Part shown: piece after piece, positions 19,262-30,844 of the stretch | How the letters are laid out: each line of letters opens with the position of its first letter | Position numbering within the stretch: position 1 is the stretch's first letter | IMG/VR virus record: IMGVR_UViG_3300010371_000007 | Location: 1 to 57,735 of that record | Reading direction: 5' to 3' (one strand) | Source: a virus | Lineage: Duplodnaviria > Caudoviricetes | DNA: 57,735 nucleotides | Translations under genes and position numbers: made by a program | Notes under the pieces: generated by a model | The model's database searches: none | The model's input: only the letters and a program-made list of their open reading frames with translations | What the model was told of the DNA's origin: nothing

Positions 19262-20692
19262 GTGGGAAAAAAGAGCACGCCTAAGCCGCCCGACCTGACC
19301 CCGCTCAGCAACGCGCAGCTGGAGATCTCCAAGCAGCAGCTGGCGCAGGCGCAGCAGCAGATGAACATGTCCGCGGAGCAGTTCAACCGCTACATGGACC
19401 TGTCCAACCAAGAGCTGCAGCAGAGTCAGGCGCAGTACGACACGCAGATGGGTCTGCAGAGCCGCGCGCTGGATCAGGCGGACGCGGCCAACGCCATCTC
19501 GCGCCAAGTCGCTGACAAGCAGATGTCGGCCATGGACCAGTCCATGCAGTACGCGCAGGAGGACCGCGCGCGCTACACGAACACGATCCTGCCGCTGCAA
19601 GACCAATACATCAAGGAAGCGCAGGCGTACTCGTCGCCTGAGAAGCAAGCTGCTGCTGCGGCTCAGGCGCTGGCCGACAACCAGACGCAGATCGAGGCGC
19701 AGCGCAACAACCAGATGTCCCAGCTCGCGTCGATGGGTATCGACCCGTCGCAGGTGATGTCGTCGTCGCTGTCGAGTCAGCTCGGTGTCGCCGGCGCGGC
19801 GCAGGGCGCGCTCAACGCCAACACGGCGCGCGAGAACACGATCCAGACCGGGTACAACATGCTCGGCAATGCGATCAACATGGGCAACAACCTGCCCTCG
19901 CAGGCGCTGGGAGCACTGGGCACGGGCACGCAGGCAGGCAACAGCGCCGCCGGCAACATGCAGTCGGGCGCGAACGTCTACGCCAACGCGTCGCAGATCG
20001 GCGCCACGGCGTCCGGCATCCGCCAGAGTTCGCTCGGCCTGTCCTCACAGCTGACCGGCTCGCCGATGTCGTGGGCGTCGTTGGGTAACCAGTCTTACGG
20101 TGGCGCCAGCAACGGCATCATGAACGCATCGAGCATCCAGAACCAGATGTTCCAGAACCAGATGTCGCAGCAGGCGATGAAAAACCAGCAGTCGCAGTCC
20201 ACCATGAGCGCGATCGGCGGCATGGCCGGTATGGCCGCGATGTTCATGGCGGAAGGTGGCGTGGTCGATCCTGAACAGCTGCCTCCGATCATCGGGAGCA
20301 CTGGAGCGCCCGTAATCGCACAACCGAACACGGACGTCACGCTCAGCGACGCCGCGCCGGCGATCGGCGACGTCAATCATGTGTACGCGGCACGTCCCGC
20401 CATGTTGTCCGACCGCGACCGTATGGGGATGTCGATCGCCGCAGGCATGCTGGACCGCGGCGCCAATTCGCCGGCGTACACGGACGCCAATATGCAGACG
20501 CCGTGGCTGCGCCCGCAGATGCGTGCGGAGGGTGGCGCCATGGGCCGCGTGATGCCGAGTATGGCCGCGCGCGACAAGATCCTGACCTTTACGACGCCGG
20601 GCGAGTACGTGGTGCCTGCTGACGTCGTTCGCCAGCTGGGTATCCAGCACTTCGAGAAGCTGGTCCATAAATACCATCGACCGGGAGCGTGA
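19262..20692 (+). CDS. Internal virion / DNA ejection protein 1
   Basis: MGKKSTPKPPD start, Gln/Ala/Gly-rich helices, two AEGG motifs and GEYVVPADVV. Confidence 0.75.
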   Translation: MGKKSTPKPPDLTPLSNAQLEISKQQLAQAQQQMNMSAEQFNRYMDLSNQELQQSQAQYDTQMGLQSRALDQADAANAISRQVADKQMSAMDQSMQYAQEDRARYTNTILPLQDQYIKEAQAYSSPEKQAAAAAQALADNQTQIEAQRNNQMSQLASMGIDPSQVMSSSLSSQLGVAGAAQGALNANTARENTIQTGYNMLGNAINMGNNLPSQALGALGTGTQAGNSAAGNMQSGANVYANASQIGATASGIRQSSLGLSSQLTGSPMSWASLGNQSYGGASNGIMNASSIQNQMFQNQMSQQAMKNQQSQSTMSAIGGMAGMAAMFMAEGGVVDPEQLPPIIGSTGAPVIAQPNTDVTLSDAAPAIGDVNHVYAARPAMLSDRDRMGMSIAAGMLDRGANSPAYTDANMQTPWLRPQMRAEGGAMGRVMPSMAARDKILTFTTPGEYVVPADVVRQLGIQHFEKLVHKYHRPGA

Positions 20693-20693
20693 C

Positions 20694-22647
20694 ATGTCGG
20701 CATCTAGCGGGTTCATGACGGGTCTGCTGCAGGGCGTTGCTGCCGGCAAGGTGCTCGGCGATCGTTTCGCAATGTCTCGGTCCAACAGCCGCATGCAGGC
20801 GGTGCAGGACGCCATCGACGCGGGCAAGTACACCAACGATGCCGCTGGGCAGGCGCAGCTCCAGACCGACCTGCGCAACGCGCAAGCGCCGTTGTCGAAC
20901 CGCGGCATGGACGATACCTACGGTGAAGACCAGTATTCGCGCCTGCTCGACCTAGAAGCTCCGCGCCGCGCAGCAGGCGGGGTCCAGTGTCCCTGCGTCG
21001 GCGCCGGGCGCCGACGGCGCGTCCTCGCTGCCGCCGGATTACAGCGGCGCACTGAGTGGCTACGCGACGAACCTGCGCGGACTCGGCGACCTGCAGGGCG
21101 GCATGCAGGCAGACCAGATGTCGGGCCAGATCACAGCAGGTCGCAACGCGATCAACCAGACGGGCCAGATGTCGCCGACCGGCACGCAGCCGGGTGAGGT
21201 GGATCAGGCGCGACTGGGGGCGGGCGTGGCGGCGAACAATGCCGCCATGGGCGATGCCAGTGGCTCGGCGCAGTGGGGTGACCGTGCGAAGCAGCAGGGC
21301 GATACCCAGCTGCAGGGAATGCTCGGTCGCGCGCTGACCATGGCGCAGAACCCTTCGCTGGGTGGCATGCAGGGCGCCGCACCGTTCCTCAATTCCGCTG
21401 CGCAGATGATGGGCTACGGCCAAGTGCAGTATTCGCCGAGTCAGGACTCGCTGACGGTGATGTCGCGCGACAACCAGCCACTGGCGACGATCAACCAGCA
21501 GAACATCCAGCAGTTCGCGGAAACGCTCGGCAACCAACCTGAGAACCTGCTCGGCAACCTGCGTGCGCTGCAGACCCAGCAGTATCAGGCCGCTACGAAG
21601 CAGCGCACGGACGACTACAACGCAGGCCGCTACACGCTGCTCGGGCTCGCCAAGAGCGCGCCGAGCGATGCCATGCTCAATCAGGCGGAACGTATCGCCG
21701 TGTCGAGCAGCAACGCGGCGGAGAAAACGAACTGGCAGACCATCTCGACGACGCCAGTCACCGACAAGGACGGCGCGCCGACGGGCGTGGTGCGCTCGAT
21801 CGTGAAGCCGCCCGGTAGCCCGGCGCTGATCCTCACCGTGCTGCCCGAAGACCCCTCCAAGCCGGCGCAGCCAGCGTACCGGCTCCAGCGGCAGGACGGC
21901 TCCGATGTGTCCGGCAACGAGCTAGGCCAGTACGCTGCGTCCGCACAGATTGTGGCGCAGGCGGCGCGCGACCGCGCCATGCTCGACAACCTGAAGCTCA
22001 ATCAGGCTCGGTTCCAGCAGGGGCGCGCGAACGTCTACGACGTGCTGGGTTCGCTCGGCTCAGGTGCCTTCGGTGGGTCAATGCCACAAGGTGGCCAGCT
22101 GCCACCTCCGCATGCCATTACGAGCGCACAGGTGCAGGTCGAGTCTGGCGGCAACCAGAACGCGGTCTCACCCAAGGGCGCCGTTGGCGCCATGCAGCTG
22201 ATGCCCGACACGGCGCGCGAGCAGGAACAGAAGCTCGGCTTGGCGCCGGGCTCAACAGACACGTCGGCCGCGGCGAACACGAAGGCAGGCGAAGCGTACC
22301 GCCAGCAGCTGGTGGCGCGGTACACGAAACAGTCGGGCAACGAGCTCACCGGCCTCGCGCAGGGTCTGATCGCCTACAACATGGGTCCGGGCAAGACGGA
22401 CAAGTGGCTGGCCGCCGGCGCTGACCCGGCGAAGCTGCCGAAGGAAACCCGCGACTACGTGACCAAGGTTTTCTCGAAACTGGGCCTCCCCGGAATGACC
22501 GCAGCGCGCGGCAGTTCTGGCATCATGGGCGCCAGCGCGGAGCCGAAGCTGCCGAAGGTGAAGCTCAACGCTGCGGGGACCGCCCCGCTCACCTCGGCGC
22601 CCACGGCGAAACTCTCCAACGGGCCGGCAAACAAGTACCTCCTCTAA
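20694..22647 (+). CDS. Internal virion protein 2 with lytic transglycosylase (SLT) domain; +1 frame break near 20955
   Basis: VESGG...SPKGAVGAMQLMP...AYNMGPG motifs; the biased reading passes from ORF 20694..21197 into the frame of 21103..22647. Confidence 0.75.
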
Positions 22648-22656
22648 GGACGATCC

Positions 22657-25600
22657 ATGGCCGACTTCACCGACCCGATCACGCAGGCACTCCAGCAGCG
22701 CCTTGCGTCCGGCCCGACGATCTCGGACAACGGCACGCCCCGAGGCGACGCGCAGCTCCAGCAGAACCTCGCCGATGTCACTGCCTCGGCGTCGAATGGC
22801 GCGGTGGGTGGTGCGATGGGCGCCATGGGTGGCGCCGCGGCACAGGCGCCGGAAGCGACGTTCTACGCGTACAACCCGCACACGGACACCCTGCTCGTCA
22901 ACGGCGAGGCCGTCCCCCACGATTTCCAAGCGTGGTCGCATGTCGCGTCGGTGAGTCCAGACCAGCTGCGGCCGATGTCGGTCAGCGCCGTGTCCGAGGA
23001 TGGCTACATCCCACTGACGCAAGGGCGCTTGCAGGAGTTTCTGCAGCAGACGGACCAGAACGCGCAGTCGCATTTCACCGGCGACACGCTGAGCCATCTC
23101 TGGACGGGCACCGTGCGCATGGCGGGCGGCCTCGCACGTGAGCTTCCTCGTGTACTGGCGGGTACACCCGATGGGCGCATGGCGGCGTTCGCAGGTGACG
23201 CGCTGGCTAGCGGGTTGGGTGTAGACCCGAGCAAGTACGGCGGCTTGGCTGCCGCTGCGCAGGACGTGGGCCGGAACATTTCCGACACGAATGCCGCCTA
23301 TGCCCAACAGTGGGATGCCGACCGCCGCGCGGGCCAGACGCTGGCCGAGCAGGCGTACAGCGACTCGACGTTCAGCGCGCACCCACTGCGCGCCACAGGC
23401 AATCTGATATCGAACCAGCTGGCGGAGAGCATCCCCGCGATCGGCGCGTTCGCGTTCAACCCTGCGGCCGGCGCGCTCGCGATCGGTGGGCAGGGCGCAC
23501 AGATGAACGCCGAGAACGCGGGTCAGCGCTTCGACGCGTGGCGACAGGCGCACCCCGAGCAGTTCTCGGCGACCAACCCTGTCTATGCGCAGCTGCGTGC
23601 GCAAGGTCTGAGTGACGAGCAGACCGTCGCCGCGATGCGCCAGCAGTCGATGGACGTCGCCGGTGATGTCGGCGGTGCCCTGTCGCTGGCCACGGCGCCG
23701 CTGGCAGGACGCATCCCGCTGGCCGCGATCGGCCGTGCGTCTGCGCTGGCGCCCGCCATGGGCGGATCGGGCATCGGGTCGTTCATCGGCCGACGGCTCG
23801 CCATGAGCGGACTGACGGCAGCCGAGGGTGCCGGTATCGGCGCGGTGTCGAACATTCCGGGTCAGGTGGCAGCGGACGCCACCAGCGGTCGCGGTGTCCA
23901 AGGCGTGGGAGACTACACGCACGGCCTCGGTGAGATGGCGCTGCTCGGTGGCCTCATGGGCAGCGTGACGCGCGCGCCGGTGCGCAACGCCGCCGCTGCA
24001 TCGGATATCGCCGCGGCCACGGGTGCGATCCCCGGCAAGTCCCCGGTGAGTGACGCCAACCCGGCGCCCACCGGCATGCCGCAGATGCCGCTCCCCGACG
24101 TGCAAGGCCCGGCGCCCGCTGGCGCACCGCCCGTCCCCGGCTCCCCCGCGCGGCCGATGCCGCAGCCGGGCGAGATGGGCGATCTGCTCGGTGGGCAGCC
24201 GCGCCCAGCACCACAGCCCTCCGCTCCGGAGCCCGGCGCGGCGACACCGCCGGCGTTCAACCCGAACCAGACCGAACTCCCCGGGGTGCCGCCGGTCGGT
24301 CCGCAGCTGCCGCAGCGCGCCGGGCCGTCCCTGATCCAGCAGCGCGCAGCTGAACAGGCTGCCGCGCAGAACGCTCCGGCGCCCGCCGAGCCAGCCGGCG
24401 CGCTCCCCGCGCCCGGCATCACGCCGGCGCAAACGGAAGCCGCGGCCAGCGCGCACCAGTCGCTCCAGATGGTCCAGAACCTGCTGGACTCCGGGCAGTT
24501 CAACAAGCGCACGAAGACGGGCAAGGCGACGATCGACCAGCTGACGGCCGAACGCGACCGGCTGCAGGCCGTCGTGGACCAGCACCAGAACGACATACTG
24601 GCCGACCAGATCGCGCAGGCGCGCGCGGCGCGACCACCACAGCCGCCCGCTTCGTTCGTCGAGGACGCGAACGGCCAGCGCGGTCTGCCCGGTGTCGAGC
24701 CCGTGTCCACCCCGGACGGCGCGCCGCCGGCGAACATGGAGCCGGCACCGATCGGTCAGGACCAGCCGATGTCGCCGCAGGAGGCGCAGGCGCGCCTCGC
24801 CATGCAGCGCGCGCGCAACCCGGAGAACCGGCCGCCGCAGGAGGACTTGTTCCCGCGCCAGCTGAAGCAGGGGCTGCAGGCGGTCATCGACAAGAGCCGT
24901 CAGAGCGTGTCCGAGTCGACGCCAGAGCCTGCGGTGGACTTGGCGGCGCAGATGGCCGCGCTCAAGTCCGGCGCGCGGGACGCGGTGTTCGTCGCTGCAG
25001 GCAACGAGGCGCAGGCACCGAAGGTAGCCGGCAAGGCGGTCCGAAAGGTCGTGCGTCCGGAGGGGACGCTGTACACCACGAACGCAGCGAAAGCCAAAGC
25101 CTACAGGGAGGCGCCGGCGCTCAATGACGACATTCTCGCCCGCATGCAGGACTTGCCACAGTCGAAAGCTGACGCTGTACAGCGAGGCGACACGACTGTC
25201 ACTCAGGCGCTGGACGCGAATGGCGCCGTGGTCAAAGAGGCACTGGGGAAGGGAAACACGGCTGCGGTCGCGGAAGCGGCACCACCCGGTGGCGCAGTGC
25301 GCCAGTTGCCGGCCGAGGCGGCACAAGCGCGTCGCGCGGAGCTGAACGCTCGATTCGACCGCGGCGAGGCGATGTCGAACGCCGACCTGCGAGCTGCTGT
25401 CACACACGCAAGCGGAGCGCGACACGGGCGCGCCGGGCCAGCAGCCGTTGGAGGGCATGCTGAACGGCACGGCAGGCCCGCGCGCGGCGGCAGAGGCTGG
25501 TCACAAGGGTTTCCTGCATGCCGACATGAACGGCCTCAAGGCCATCAACGACACGGCGGGTCACGCGGCCGGCGACGCGCTGCTGCAGGCGTTCGGCTCG

Positions 25601-28600
25601 CTGTACCGTGACGTGGCGCGCCGGCACGGTGGCACGCCGTGGCTCGCCGGCGGCGACGAGTTCGTCTCGTCGTACCCGACGCGCGCGGCTGCGCAGAAGG
25701 CGCACGCAGAGCTGCAGGCGCTGGCGAAAAACCACGTCGTCGATTTCCAAGCCAACGACGGCACCACTCACCGAATCGAAGGCGTCGGGTTTGCCGGCGG
25801 GGTAGGGAAAAATGTCCGAGAAGCCGATGCAGCCTCTGAAGCCGCCAAGCGTGCCCACTACGCCAGCTCCGGCACCGAACGACGCGTCGGGTCAGCCCCC
25901 GGCCGTCGTGCACAAGAACCTCACCCTGCAACAGATCGCCGAGCTGATGAAGGCGCAGGGCGTGCAGCCGGGAAGCGTGCGCGTGTTCCCGAGCCCGCGC
26001 CGCGTGAAGTAAAGCCCACCCGCGCGGAACAGCTGAAGGCCAAGACGGCGGCGAAGCGTGAGGCCAAGGCCGACGCTTCGCGCGTCGAGTCTGTCATCGG
26101 TAAAAAAAAAGTCACGCCCGAGGAGCTAAGCGCCCGGACCCGCGCAAGCGACGCTGACGTCGCCGCGGCGACCAAGACGCTGCAGGAGGACGTGGCCGCG
26201 AACCACCCGCAGCACGTCGACGCGTTCGCCGCACAGGCGCATGAGGGCGCCGGGCGCCAGCCCGAGTCCCCGCTGCTGTCGGTGCCGCTGACCGAGCGCG
26301 AGCTGGGCACCGTGGGCGAGCGCGTGCAGGCGACGGCACAGGCGGAGCACGCGCAGGTCAAGGACGGCTCGTGGTCGCCGGCCAAGTCGGTGGTCGCGCG
26401 CGTGCTCGACGCCGCCGGCATGACGCTGGAGGGGTCGAAGCTCAAGGCCGCGATCCAGTCGTTCGCCGAGGCCACGCCGAAGCAGCTGAAGGCGTTCATG
26501 GAGATGGTCGCGCCGCGGCTCGCCGACTCGACGCTTGCCAAGGGCATTGCGCGCGGGATGGACAACGTGCGTGCGGCAGCCAAGGACACGAACAGCGACA
26601 TCCGCGAGATGGCGCTCGGCACGCCGAAGGCACCGAAGCCTGACAAGGCGCCCGAGAAAAACGACGCCTTCAGCGGCGGCCGCGTCACCATGTACGGCCA
26701 CGACGTGCCGGCCGCGGCCGGTCGCGCCGTGCGCCACTGGGTGGGTACGTTCGAGAAGACGTCCGGCCAGTTCCTCCCCGACGAGCTGCACGTGATGTCG
26801 CCGGCGGAGGCCAGCGCACGCTACGGGCAGGACTTCGGCAGTGAGGGGTTCTCCGGTGCGGCCAAGAACCCCGAGACGGGCGCCATGGAGCACGTGATCG
26901 CGGTCGACTGGAAGCGCGTCGGGGATGGTCCGGCGGCCGTGGAGGCGCTGGCGCACGAGTTCGCCCACACCGCCATGGACCACGTGTTCGACAAGCTCCC
27001 CAAGGTGGATCAGGACGCCGTGCGCAGTGCGTACAACGACTGGCTCAAGGCGCAGGGGCGCGGCACGCCGACAGAGACGCTGCTGAACCGCCTGCCGCCA
27101 GCGCTGGCGGACCTCGCGCGCGAGGTGGGGTCGAAGCCCGAGCGCGCCTATGCGGAGAGCTGGCACGAGTGGCTGGCCGACCAGACGGCGAAGTGGATGC
27201 TCACCGATGCCCGGCCGCGCACGGCGGTGGAGCGGTTTTTCGGCCGTCTGGCCGACGCATTCCAGAAGCTCTACGCCAGCGTGACCGGCCGCGGTCGCCC
27301 CACCGACGCCGTGGCGGCGATGATGGACAACCTCGTCGAGCGGTCGCAGAACCTGCGACAGCAGGATGCCACGGTGCGCGCCAACGAGATGACTTATGGC
27401 CGTGAGGCGGCCACGCCGCCCCCGGCGCCCGAGCTGGCGCGCCAGAAGATCGACGTGCGTGCGGTGCAGGCGCGGGTCGACCGCACGCTGCAGGGCGCCA
27501 AGGCGCTCGGCGACGACGTGGGCAAGATGCTCGGGGGCGACACCCATGCCGTGCTCGACCGCCTCAACCGTTCGTGGTCGCACCTCGCGGAGGGGAAGGC
27601 CGGCGACCTCATGCGGAACATCTTCCATGGTGTCATGTCCATGCGCGACATCGTGGACCGATACCGCAAGCGGGGGGAGTTCGGCGAGGGGCTGGTCGAC
27701 TGGGACAACGCCATGCGCGCCGCCGAGAAGCACTCGCGCGAGGTGCAGCAGTCGGCGAACATCGCCAGCGAGCAGGCGCACCGCCTGAGCGCCCCGGTGC
27801 GCACCGCCCTGAACACGCTGATGTACAAGACCACGACGTGGGGTATCCACCCGGACGAGGCGTTCGGCACGGGCCGCAACGCGCACCTCGCCGACGCCGA
27901 CAAGACCGTCGAGGGGAACAACCGAGCGCGCTACAACGAGGTGCGCCAGTTGTGGGACCAGATGCGCAGTATCCCCGGCGACCCGCAGCGGATCTTCAAG
28001 CAGCTGGCTGGCGCGCTGCGCACGATCCAGCACGAGACGTTCACCGCGCGCCACGCGAACATCGATCGCCTCCAGCTGTCCGAAGCGGCGAAGGCGGAGA
28101 TGCACGCCCTGCTCGACGCGCAGGAAGCCCGGATGGTCAAGGGTCCGTATTTCCCGCTGACGCGACAGGGCAACTACATCACCTCGGTAACGATGCCGCA
28201 GACCCGCGTGGGCGAGTACCCGACCAAGGCGGAAGCGAAGCGCATCGCGGACCAGCAGAAGTCGATCAACCCGCACGCGGACGTGACGGTCTCAAAGACA
28301 CCGGACGACACGTGGGATGTGCATGTGGGCGAGAAGGCGGTTTACTTCCACCCCACCCTGCGCGACGCCAAGGAAGCCCAAGCGGGCATCTTGCGTGAGG
28401 TGAAGGAAGCGTGGGCGCACATGGGCGTCGACTACGACATGGCGCAGACCGAGCTGGGGCGCTCGATGGTCAAGGGTCCGTTCCACACGCAGGACTTCTA
28501 TCGCAAGATGGAGGTTCCGAACTTCAACAAGTTCACCCACGAGCTGAACGACCTGTACGCCAAGGGCCAGATCGACCCCGAGGTGTATAAGACATTCAGC

Positions 28601-30508
28601 GAGATGGTGATCGAGGCGCTGCCTGAGACCAGCACGCGCAAGTCGGGCCTCGCGCGGCAGAACATCCGCGGCGCCGATCAGGACATGCTGGGCGGCTACG
28701 TGCGTCACGTCGCCGGCGCCGCGCACGCCTACGGCAAGACGAAGGTCGCGCGCGACATCAACGACGCGTGGGCGCTGATGCACAAGCATGCAGATAGCGA
28801 GCCCGAGCTGAACACCGTCATGAACAGCCTGCGCAACCGGCAGGAAGTGCTGGCGAAGCGCATGGCGCGCAACTGGGAGAACACCACGGCGAACACGCTA
28901 CAGGACATGTCCAGCATGATGTCGCTCGGCATGTCACCGGCGTTCATGGTGCAGCAGGCGCTGCAGCCGATCGTGGTCACGCTGCCGGTACTCGCTGCGC
29001 GCAACATGGAGCGGGGCGGCAAGGCGGTCGGCTACGGCCACGCCATGCAGTACCTGAAGGACGCCTACCAAGGCGCCGTGCCGTTCTTCACCAAGCGCGG
29101 CGGTGAGCAGTTCATGGCCGAAGCGCGCCGCATGCTCGGCACCTACGCGGGCGAGGGGAAGACGCTGCAGGAGTCGGCCAACGACATGATCTCCACGTTC
29201 GGCAAGAACGCCAACGAGCGCGAGATGCTGGAGTACATGCACGCCCGCGGCACGCTCGACTTCGCGTTCCTGAACGCCGTCGCCGATGCTGCGTCGTCCT
29301 CGAAGTTTGGTGATAAGACAAAGGCCGCGCTGCGTATCGCGATGGCGCTCCCCCAGCAGATCGAGGCAATGAACCGCATGGTCTCCGGGCTCGCCGCGTA
29401 CCGCCTCGCGCGTGACCTGCGCGGATTCGACCACGCGCAGGCGATGCACGAGGCGGACACGGTGGTCTCGCAGACGCACGGCGACTACAGCCGCTACAAC
29501 CGCCCCAGCGCGTTCAACCGGCCGTGGGTCGGCATGGCGCTGCAGTTCAAGATGTATACCCAGTTCGTCTACTCGCTGCTGGTGCGCAACTTCGCGAACA
29601 TGATGGACCGCAGCCTGACGAAGGACGAGCGCACGCAGGCGGCGCGCACGCTCGGTTACGTGATCGGCAGCCACGCCACGTTCGGCGGCCTGACCGGCAT
29701 CGGTCCCGTCGCCGCTGCGGCGAAGGTGGGGCTGGGCGGCCTGATGTACGCGGCGGCCGGCGCCGGCGTGATCGACCCGAAAAAGCGCGACCAGACGGTC
29801 GGTGACTGGATCGACGCGAACTTCAACCAGTGGGCGGATGACTCGCTCGGCAAGGGCGCCGGCGCGTACCTGTCGAAGATCGCGGCCTACGGCCTGCCCG
29901 CGGCGGCGAACATCAACATCGCCAACAAGATCGGCATCCCCGACCTGACCGACTCGCGCTACATGGGCAAGGCGGACAAGGCCAGCGACACGATCGGCCA
30001 GCAGGTGCTCGCGATGCTCGGCCCGGTCTACGCGAACGCGGTGCGCGTCGCCGATGGCGCGCAGCAGCTCACGAAGGGGAACCTCGGGGCGGCGGGCAAG
30101 CTGATGCTGCCGGCGGCACCGCGCGCCATCCTGAACGCGATCACGGAGCAGCAGGACGGCGTGGCCACGTCGAGCGGCAACGTGATCCGACCGGCGGCGG
30201 ACCTGTCGCCCTACCGGACGTTCCTGCGCGCCATGGGGCTGCAGGACGCCGACACATCGCGCATCTACGACCAGCGCAGCGCGCGGTACGCCGCGAAGGA
30301 CCGGATCACCAGCGAGCGTACCGACCTGTTGCAGGAGTACGCGCAGGCGAAGGGCGATGACCGCCACGACGTCGCGCTGAAGATTGCCGCGTTCAACAAG
30401 GGCCGCGCGCCGGAGTTCCAGATCTCGCCGGCAACGCTGCAGCGCCAGCTCCAGCGTCAGCCGATGTCGAAGACGGACCGCGCCGCAGCACGCGCGATCG
30501 GACAGTAG
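22657..30508 (+). CDS. Giant polyvalent internal virion protein (about 2,600 aa if joined): GGDEF + HExxH zincin + PLxRFG-like region; +1 frame break near 25390
   Basis: ORFs 22657..25611 and 25448..30508 overlap in different frames; DMNGLK-INDTAGHAAGD, GGDEF (25649-25663), HEFAH (26954-26968), YFPLTRQGNY (about 28148-28177). Confidence 0.75.
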
Positions 30509-30546
30509 AAAAGGGAAACGCCCGACAGGGGGCTGCCGGGCGTTTC
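30509..30546 (-). terminator. Intrinsic terminator where the two arms converge
   Basis: GAAACGCCCG...CGGGCGTTTC stem (30515-30546) followed by CCTTTT on the minus strand. Confidence 0.7.
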
Positions 30547-30652
30547 GGGGGTGCGATGGGTGCGGGCCATCGCGGGTTGGGGTCCCCTCACGGACACCAA
30601 GGCCAGCATATAGCCGCCTTGGTGCAATGCGCAAGGGGGTGTTGTCTGGCGT

Positions 30653-30834
30653 TCAGGCGAGCAGAACGCCGTTCGCGCACTCCTTCGCTGCGGCTTTCAG
30701 TGTCGCCGCCAGCGCAGGACGCCGGGCAGCAGCGGCTTCACTTTCTGAATCGTGTGGCCTGCCGCGCGCAGGTGCTGCTCGAAGACCGGCAGCTTCCACT
30801 CGTCGAGCATGATGGCGGCTTTCTTGACGGCCAT
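30653..30834 (-). CDS. Small hypothetical protein (MAVKKAAIMLDEWKLPVF...), possibly frameshifted near 30715
   Basis: GAGGAG RBS; in-frame stop at 30697, but the adjacent frame continues ALAATLKAAAKEC to 30653. Confidence 0.5.
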
Positions 30835-30844
30835 GGGGATCTCC

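Noticed and set aside
22657-30508. Giant protein as an N4-like virion RNA polymerase, with the palindromes as hairpin promoters
   Set aside because: No polymerase motifs recognised; the palindromes occur in both orientations and sit beside ordinary sigma70 promoters.
22252-30634. Long antisense ORFs (e.g. 22252..25470, 26126..28276, 28934..30634) and similar shadows elsewhere
   Set aside because: Expected opposite codon-biased high-GC genes; Arg/His-rich, no RBS or motifs.
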